Source: Eledone cirrhosa
Taxonomy: Eukaryota
NCBI GenBank assembly: GCA_964016885.1
Contig: CAXHJY010001432.1
Span: 1-64,000 of the forward strand
Direction: 5' to 3'
Length of the DNA stretch: 64,000 nucleotides
Shown here: positions 55,062 to 64,000 of the stretch, piece after piece
Layout of the letters: every line of letters starts with the position of its first letter
Position numbering within the stretch: the first letter of the stretch is position 1
Program-made: the position numbers and the translations under genes
Notes under the pieces: generated by a model
Databases searched by the model: none
Told to the model about the DNA's origin: nothing
What the model saw: the letters and a program-made list of their open reading frames with translations, nothing else

Positions 55062-55380
55062 TCACTCGCCGAATCTCTCACTATTATAAGCATATGGGGG
55101 CTCAAGCGTTGGTCGCCCCGCAGCCACGGACAGAATATAGAGGGCGTTACCCCGGACGATGGTGAGGGTGACACCTGCGGGTAACCAACTCGGTGGTGAA
55201 TAGGGTGGTGGTCCTAGGGCCAAGAACACCAGAAGTTTCCACTGCTCCGAGCTCCACAACAAACCTGTCAGAAAGCGGCCGATATTTGGAGAGTTTGCTC
55301 TCCTCGGCCCGAAGTGCAACAGAGCCTGGATTAGTTGCAGACTGGTTGCCGCTGGAGAAAGTGCCTAAATTAGACACCAA
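55062..55380 (-). mobile_element. CRE-clade retrotransposon 3' fragment
   Basis: TFSSGNQSATNPGSVALRAEESKLSKYRPLSDRFVVELGAVETSGVLGP...TIVRGNALYIL. Confidence 0.8.
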
Positions 55381-56949
55381 TATTTATATAAGCCGAATAT
55401 TATTTGAAAGAGGGTCAACTTTGCCTTTCATCCTTACGGGGTCGATAAAATAAAGTACCAGTAATGTACTGGGTAATTGCTGGCCTTGTGCCAAAAGTAG
55501 AAACAATTATTTGAAAGAGGGTCGGACGCCATGCTTTAACGCATAGAGTTACGGCCCTTGCCATTCTGAGTCTTTCATCCTTATGGGGTCGATAAAATAA
55601 AGTACCAGTAATACACTGGTTAATTGCTGGCTTTGTGCCAAAAGTAGAAACAATTATTTGAAAGAGATTTTGCTGCTATTTCTATCAGGTAGAGTAACCA
55701 TGTAAAGGTTCTATCGCTGACCCATATGTACGGTATGTGTTTATATATTCGTGGTTGTCGATGTAATATACAAGAATGCGAACATTTTCTAATATATTGA
55801 AGAATATGTATTGACACGTTTTATGATTGTATGAATGTGTTAATGTATGTGTGTGTGTGTGTGTTATGATGGCATTTGTGTTTTATGAATGTCTGTGTAA
55901 GTGGTGCGTGTGTTTATGTTTTATGAATGTGTATATGTGGTGCGTGTTCGTGTTTTATGATTGTGTGTATATATGTTTGTTTGTGAGTGCGTGTGTGTAT
56001 GTCTGATTGAGTTTGTGTGTGTGTGTATGTATGTGTGTGTGTGTTTGTGGTTTATGTTTGTGTATGTTTGTTTGTTTGTGCGTGCATGTGTGTTTTAGTT
56101 TGTGCCAGTGTGTGCTTGTGCATGTTTGTGTGTTTTAGCTTGTTTGTAACTGGTGTGTGTGCGTGTGTATATGTGTTTGTGCTTTATGATTATGTGTGTA
56201 TGTGAGTGTATATGTATGTTTGTGTGTATGTGTGTCTGAGTATATGTATGTGAGTGTATATGTATATGGGTGTATAGTTTCGTGGTTGTTATTCTGAGTG
56301 GGTTATTTTGATTGATAATAACATGTGTAGATTTGTGTATATAATTATATATAGCAGCGGTGGTTGAACGGGTGTGTGTGTGGGGGGGGGGGGGTATGGA
56401 GGGGGTTGTATATGTGTGCGGAGAGAGAGAGAAAGACAGAGAGGGAGCGAGAGAGAGAGAGAGGGGGGATGGATAGGAGATTATGAGTGAGTGAATTACT
56501 GTATGTGTATGTATGCACGTACAAATCTAGGTTCCGATGGCTATTTCTGGACTCCAGAAATAGCCGTCGAAACGGCTTGAGCTCTGCCGTCGGAGTTAAA
56601 CATTTTCCTATTACCCACTCTACTACCCTAAGTATTGAGTACTCTGGTGCGTTATGGTCCATCTGGTTCCTTACCACACTTCCTTCGTTATATATATACA
56701 TGTCTATTTATGAAATGCATGTATTTATCTCTATTAAGGTAAGGATACATTTATGTATGTATGCAGCTATCCGTATATGTGTATGCATATGCATATATGT
56801 ATGCATCATGTATTTATGTACGCATCTATGTATGCATGTATGTATTATGTATGTGCATATGTAAGTATGTGAGTTGTTCATGGGTGATTTCATTTGCTTT
56901 TATAGATCTATCAATGCTTGTATGTATGTATGCATGTACACACATATAA

Positions 56950-56992
<43 letters not shown>

Positions 56993-57276
56993 CATGTGTG
57001 CTTGTCTGTGTGAGTACATATGTATGAATATGTTTGTATGTCAACTGAGCTATCAAATCACATAGGCTGATAATATTCAGATAGGGTAGTGTAGTTCAAA
57101 AGAAAAATATAATAAGTGTGACAGAAAATATAAGACTGAAAAGTTATTAAAACTCTCTGATCTATGGGGTTGTCTGACTTAATTGTAATTCACCCGTGAG
57201 TGAAGGACAAGTCATCCATACAGTTGTGACTGTGACGAAATAGATGCGCGGAAATGGCTGTTAATGCATGACTACA

Positions 57277-57359
<83 letters not shown>

Positions 57360-57484
57360 ATTATATATATATTATATATATATATAAGAGATGTCAACGT
57401 AAATGGACCTGTTATTTTTCTCTAAAATAATTTTCTCCGATTCCGTTCCGCCTGTCCCTTCAATCTTTATAATCTCTCATTCTT

Positions 57485-57520
57485 TCTTCTGATGAAGGAC
57501 TAGCGTCCGAAACGTTAAGA
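57485..57520 (+). ncRNA. Minimal hammerhead (F4), intact
   Basis: UCUU-CUGAUGA-A-GGAC-UAGC-GUCC-GAA-ACGU-U-AAGA; palindromic ACGU stem III. Confidence 0.75.
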
Positions 57521-57605
57521 CCCTCCTTCTGCTATTTCAAGCGTTAACCTAATATATTACTTCCATATACTGTACCGATTGTGTTGTTGTTTCTGTTTAC
57601 CTTTT

Positions 57606-57659
<54 letters not shown>

Positions 57660-57693
57660 ATACTTGGGGAGGGTCATATAAAAAACCTCGCTA

Positions 57694-57730
<37 letters not shown>

Positions 57731-57735
<5 letters not shown>

Positions 57736-58918
57736 ATGAAATAACAGTAGGCTGGACTGGTGTAAAAAATGTTTAACTCGATAAGATATTAGAATGGGAT
57801 ATAGAGTAAAGGTTTCGATTGGGAGGCCCAGCCAGCACACCCACCACCATGAGTCAGCCAGTTTCGAGTGGTATCGTCCAGCGAAAGAAATGGAAATTAA
57901 TTTTTCCGAGTACTCTAGGAACGTAGCTAACTTTGGCCCCGGGATCCCTAGCGGGAACTCCACAATTTCGACAGGCCATCGTCTATACCACGAATACTAT
58001 TACATCACACATGAGGGGTTTATTTACGTGTCAGTGGAGGCATGACACAGCTAATAGTCATGCCTAAACCTGGAGTTTGTAGGTACAAGTACAATGTGGC
58101 GGCCAAAACAGGCGGCGCGGTGGGACCGGGGCAAAGCCGCCGCTCCGAGTAATTCCCGCTAGGGATCCCGGGGCCAAAGTTAGCTACGTTCCTAGAGTAC
58201 TCGGAAAAATTAATTTCCATTTCTTTCGCTGGACGATACCACTCGAGACTGGCTGACTCATGGTGGTGGGTGTGCTGGCTGGGCCTCCCAATCGAATTCT
58301 TTACTCTTTATCCCATTCTAATATCTTATCGAGTTAAACATTTTTTCCACATAAGACTCTCTCCGTAAGTTCATTAAATAAATAAATCTCGCTACCTCTA
58401 TTTTTCAATTTACCATTTTGCAATTTAATATTTTTAATTTAATTTAATTTCATCCTATAACTCGCAACATAAGTTTAACGTTCCAATCTTCGGTTCACAC
58501 ATTAGACCATACAGACACACATTATAGATTCTTTGGGTAGCATTTTTTTCGCGGCATTTTCTAACATGAATGTAGTTTGACCCTTACACTACACTTCTTT
58601 CTCCCTTTCTTTCTTTCTTCCCCTTCTTCTTTGACGGAGTGGTGGTAGTACATTATAAGCCTTCGGCCCCTCACTAGATATTCACTGGTAGTTTTCAGTT
58701 GCCAACACTTTGAGGGCGGCTGGCTGCGAAGCTCGTTGGTCAGCCGTCCTCTCTGTCTTTGGTTTCTCGGACCCATGGCTTTTTACATATTCCTTTGTTA
58801 TATTCCAATACCTATTGATATCACCGGATTCATATGGAACCCGGTCATTGAAATGATCATAGTATAATAAACCTTTCAAGGATTTACACCAGTCCAGCCT
58901 CCTGTTATTTCATTTATA
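57731..58918. mobile_element. Nested inverted-repeat element of unknown class
   Basis: 57731-57766 is inverted at 58883-58918; 57764-57957 is inverted at 58153-58346. Confidence 0.75.
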
Positions 58919-59099
58919 ATTAACTCCGTATTCGCACCACCAACTACACAAACGAAGATGGGTGAACTGCACTGCGTTGAGTACTCTTCACAATATTACA
59001 CCAGGATTGACCATACGGAATGACTAGTTCTATCCAGTGGTGAACCAACAAACCTAAAGATATATATACATATATATATATATATATAACAAAGAGAGC

Positions 59100-59253
59100 G
59101 TCAGAGTACTCAATAATTAGGGTAGTAGAGTGGGTAATTGGAAAAGAGTCATATATATATATATATATATGACTCTTTTCCAATTACCCACTCTACTACC
59201 CTAAGTATTGAGTATATATATATATATATATATACTATTATACACACACACAC

Positions 59254-59305
<52 letters not shown>

Positions 59306-59510
59306 GTATGGGGAAATGTTCAAGACCCCAACAGTAGAGCTCAAGCCGTTTCGACGGCTATTTCTGGAGTTCAGAAATAGCCGTCGAAACCGCTTGAGCT
59401 CTGCCGTTGGGGTCTTGAACATTTTCCTATTACCCACTCTACTACCCAAAGTATTGAGTACTTTGGTGCGTTATGGTCCACTTGGTTACTTACCACACTT
59501 CCTTCGTTTT
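59100..59510. repeat. Two fold-back copies of family H
   Basis: Hairpins at 59105-59214 and 59311-59427. Confidence 0.8.
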
Positions 59511-59829
59511 ATATATATATATATACCCAGAAGTCGCTAATTTTGATCAATTTTTTTACGGTGTCACAGATGAAAATGCATGGCTGATAACATTAAGCGG
59601 AGGATTCAGAAAAATATCTGGTTATTGGTGGTTTATCTAGTATTTGTTGAGAGGTTGTACCTGTTTTCACATACCATTCAGTCACGTACGACGTCTTTAT
59701 CGAATGCTCTTGGTTTGTGAATAGTTGTAAATAGAGCAACACCAGTGGACATAATTTTCTATATCAATGTTGTTATGTCTTATGATTTCAATATTTGTAG
59801 TATCTTGTATGGTACTGTGTATATATACG

Positions 59830-60030
59830 GAGTGACGTGGCCCTGTGGTCGGGGTGTTGTACTTAGGATCATAATGTCGTGGGTTCCATTCCTGGGCTGG
59901 GTTGTGTGTTGTGTTCTTGAGCAAAACACTTTATTTCACGTTTTTCCAGTATACTCAGGATTGAAAATAAGTACCAGCTATAGCTGGGGATTTAACTCTA
60001 CGATGGACTGGCGTCCTGTCCAGGGGAAGT
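59830..60030 (+). mobile_element. tRNA-derived SINE with a CORE/Meta-like domain
   Basis: A-box-like GTGGCCCTGTGG, B-box-like GGTTCCATTCC, tail GATGGACTGGCGTCCTGTCCAGGGG. Confidence 0.65.
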
Positions 60031-60715
60031 GATCTTGTACTCTCAGTCGCATACCAGAAATGATGGATGGCGGGATTTGAACTCAAAGAGTAGAGAGGCA
60101 AAACGAATACGGCAAAGCATTCTATCCAACGTGCTAACGACTCTGCCAATTAGCCGCCATTCCTAGATAATAAGAGAATAAAAAGACAGAAGAAAATAGA
60201 AAGAAAATGAGAATTTTGAGGTAATTTTAGTTATGATATTCCGCAATGCGCTTCATGATATTTCTAATAATCCTCTTATTTGTTACCATTCTTATATTTT
60301 GTTTGGTATGAGAATATAGCGTCGAAAATAAGGGAATCTGATCCCCACAATCAAACATATCATGCCATTTATTTTCTTATTTAATTGGCCTTCGATATCC
60401 ATAATATTTTGTCATATATTGGGAAAACCAGAGCAAGAAACAGTATTCAAGAAATGAATCTGGATCTCAGGACGAGAAACTTCTAAAGATCCAATATGGC
60501 ATCTTGTGGGTCATGTTGCAAGTAGAATATGACGCGATATATACACCGAAGTAAGATGTTTGATTAAAACACACTGCTTTTATATATACAGACCTTGCCT
60601 TGCATCCTCCAATATCTGCATATAAGTGAAGAACAAGAAACAATTAGTAAGAGATTCTATTAAGAATATAACCAAATACAAACTGTTTAAAATAGAAGTA
60701 TTTTTCAAGTCTATT

Positions 60716-60900
60716 ATGGATTGGCAGTATCGGTAGAGGGTCGGACACCATGCTTTGCAGCATAGATACGGCCCTTTATGATCTGAGTTCAAATCCCGCC
60801 GAGGTTAACTTTGCTTTTCATCCTTACGGGGTCGATAAAATAAAGTACCAGTAATGCACTGAAATAATTGCTGGCCTTGTGCCAAAAGCAGAAACAATTA
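60716..60900 (+). mobile_element. tRNA-derived SINE (major family)
   Basis: Its head TGGATTGGCAGTATCGGTAGAGGGTCGGACACCATGCT matches the reverse complement of the satellite unit. Confidence 0.85.
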
Positions 60901-61294
60901 CATCAGACCTGTCAACTCTCTTCACCCGACGGGAAGATCTCACACCCACTTTGAGGTTGGTAAGAGATGTCTTCTTTCCTCGTTTTTGGATGCCTTGTTT
61001 CATGGTATTCTCTGTTTGGGCTTTAAGAGGCTGGCAGGTCTGTTATATCTATCCGCAAAATAAAACTAAAGTCGATCTCCGCAGGATTCAGACGAGTAAC
61101 CTAAATAGGTATACCTAGCTAATAAATATACCTAAATAGGTATAGCTAGATAATAAAGGAAGAAAGTAGAAAGAAAAAAACTGAAAGTTAGCTTGCACTG
61201 AGATCGAACACACAACATTTGTAGGACACTCTTATCAACTAACAGACCTTTCACTGTTTAAAAGTTAAGCACTCACACAGACAAACATTTCTAT

Positions 61295-61349
61295 ATGTAT
61301 GTATGTATGTATATATATATATATATGTATGTGTATATTTATTTATATT

Positions 61350-61394
<45 letters not shown>

Positions 61395-61395
61395 A

Positions 61396-61454
<59 letters not shown>

Positions 61455-61461
61455 ATATTTA

Positions 61462-61508
<47 letters not shown>

Positions 61509-61515
61509 ATATTTA

Positions 61516-61562
<47 letters not shown>

Positions 61563-61569
61563 ATATTTA

Positions 61570-61620
<51 letters not shown>

Positions 61621-61627
61621 ATATTTA

Positions 61628-61665
<38 letters not shown>

Positions 61666-61670
61666 ATGTG
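61295..61670. repeat. Higher-order microsatellite GTGTGTATATTTATTT(AT)n, ~55-60-bp period
   Basis: Five to six repeated blocks. Confidence 0.8.
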
Positions 61671-63191
61671 TGTGTGTGTATATACATATTTATATATGTA
61701 TATATATAATGTGTGTGTGTGTGAACATGTGTGTCTGCTTATATATGTGATTATATTGGTAAACGTAATTTAATAATTCTATATGTATGTACATACATAG
61801 GAATTTGGGATGATTATATATTTAAACGAATGTAAATTCACGTATGTATATATATATGTGTGTGTGTGTTTGTGTATATATATATATGTGTGTGTGTGTT
61901 TGTCTGTCTGTCTGTCTACGTCATTGCGCGTGTTACTGTATACATTCTGGGTAATCTAATTTCTGTACACATGTGGTTGTATACTTGTGTGTGTATGTAT
62001 GTATATACACGAATGTTTGTGTCTGAGTGTGTATGCGCGCGCGCGTGTGTGTATGTATGTGTGTGTGTGCGTGTGTATGTATGTATGTATGTGTCCGTGT
62101 ACTAATAATTCATATATTTGTGAAATGCTTTGAAATTTCAGGAAATATATTATATTAATGTATCAATTTGATATCTTATAATGTATTGCGATATTATTTT
62201 TTATCCCGTAATTAAAATACACTAAATAAGAAAGAAATGAGAAATCGGATTTTTCAGTCCACTGTAATAAGATTTAAATGGCTTTAATTCTCCATAGAAT
62301 TAAATGGTATTGGTCTATTTTTTTCTCTTTACATATTTAATTTAGTTTGATGTTGTTCATATTAATTATGTTGAAGGGTGAGTGTGGTGGATCGGCAGAC
62401 TTGTTAGTGCATCTGATAAATGATTTCTATTATAGGCACAAGGCGAGCAATTTTGGAGGAAGGGAAAGTCGATTAGATCGACACCAGTGCATTACTGGTA
62501 CTTTATTTCATCGACCTCGTAAGGATGAAAGCCCAAGCTAATCTCAGCGGGATTTGAACTCAGAATGTAAACTGCCATAACCCTCTGTTGCAAAGCATGG
62601 TGTCTGACCGATACTGACAATCCACCGCCCTCAGTGCATCTGATAAATGCTTAGCACTATTTGAAGGAAGTCTTTATTTATGTACATTATCGTTCCCGAA
62701 ACTAGTGCAGCCAGTTGTCTTGACGCTTTTGCTGTCAGTTGTCGCTATTGGTCTCCATTCTTCGTCATACGTATAAGGTTCTCTTTGTTGTGTGACAATG
62801 CAGTCTTTGACGTTGTCGGACCAGGATTGGCAAAATTTATAGAAGCGCCCATAAATTCTTAGCAATATTCGTAGCGGGTCTTTACTTATGTACAAAGATG
62901 GTATATAGGCCAAATTGGCAGAACCTGCCCATAAATTATTAACATTTTTAGCGGGTCTTTAATTATGTGTAAGGATGGTATATTGGCTTGGCAGAATTAG
63001 TAGAGCAGCTTATAAATGTTTAGCAGTAATTGAAGTGGGTCTTTATTTATGTATAAGGATGGTGTATTGAGAAAATTGGTAGAACCTCTCATAAAACGCA
63101 ATTACGGTATTTATTCTGCCTTTTTATATTCTGTGTTCAGACCTCACTCCGAAGACATCATTCCGGGGTCAATGAAATAAAGAACCAGTTA

Positions 63192-63572
63192 CTCTCGAGT
63201 TACGAATAATAGGGGGAGGAATAAGCGGGGGAGGTTGGAATAAGTGGAGGGGGGGTTGAGACGTTGATTTTTTAGGTTCTCTACGTTGATTTTTTTTGGA
63301 AAACACAATCGGTCGTTTAATTTACGTATTGAAGCCCCAACTCATCTTATGGGATTTCTTGTAATTTTCTTTTTTCTCATGTATAGTTTTTTTAATGTCT
63401 AAAGAAAATTAATTGTTGCAGGAATGCTACCACTTAAAATAAAATTTCGCCGGACAAAGAGTAGGAAAATTTAATAAGCAGGGGGGTGGGGAATAAGAGC
63501 GTGGGGGTGGGGTTGACAATATATGACAAATTAATATGCGGGGATCGGTGGTGATTATTCAAGACCCGAGAG
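63192..63572. mobile_element. MITE with TA TSD, nested in a SINE
   Basis: TA-CTCTCGAGTTACGAATAAT...ATTATTCAAGACCCGAGAG-TA interrupts the SINE tail ACCAGT..ACTGG. Confidence 0.75.
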
Positions 63573-64000
63573 TAATTACTGGTATTGATTTTATCAACTC
63601 CATTCCCCACCCCCACCAAATTGGTGGCTTTGTATCTAAATTAGAAACATTTGTTATATCATGAGGAAGGACAGTGAATTGGCAGAGTCGTTAGAGCATA
63701 GAACAAATTCTTAGTAATTCCAGCTCTTTATATTCTGAGTTCAAATTCTGCTGAGGCATAATTTTGCCTTTCATCTTTCCCAGGTCGATAACATAAAGTA
63801 CCAGTTATGTACTGGGGCTTATTTAATTAATTTTATCCTTCCCCCAAATTTGTGGGTTTGTGGGGCCTATATTAGACAATATTTCCTTTAGGTTCTGAGA
63901 TCTAATCTCACCGAGTCCGTATTTCAATCATCCATGAAGTCTCAATAAAATGAGTAAGAATTAAGAACTGGTATCGATTCACTCAACAGTGATTGATCTC

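Noticed and set aside
62674-62830. Minus-strand ORF as a host exon
   Set aside because: SWSDNVKD..EEWR resembles an RTE-LINE C-terminal remnant; 52841-53077 and 60905-61040 look similar.

Overview
AT-rich animal genomic DNA with no host gene I can support. The (TA)n/(CA)n density and the repeat families resemble an octopod (Octopus-like) genome; this is an inference. The window is almost entirely repeats: a degenerate Penelope-like element (RT + GIY-YIG) with an inverted 3'-end copy, a near-full-length dead RTE-type LINE, four Helitrons (one with a PIF1 fragment), CRE- and RTE-LINE tails, many tRNA-derived SINEs and TA-flanked MITEs. An 8.7-kb 45-bp satellite is an amplified SINE head; the giant ORFs over it are artefacts. 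The main hidden signal is about ten sequence-unrelated families of minimal hammerhead-ribozyme (HHR) motifs, read by eye. They sit in short elements embedded in (TA)n tracts, many arranged as fold-backs, and look like a set of non-autonomous Penelope-dependent or retrozyme-like elements. Coordinates are hand-read and approximate at element edges.
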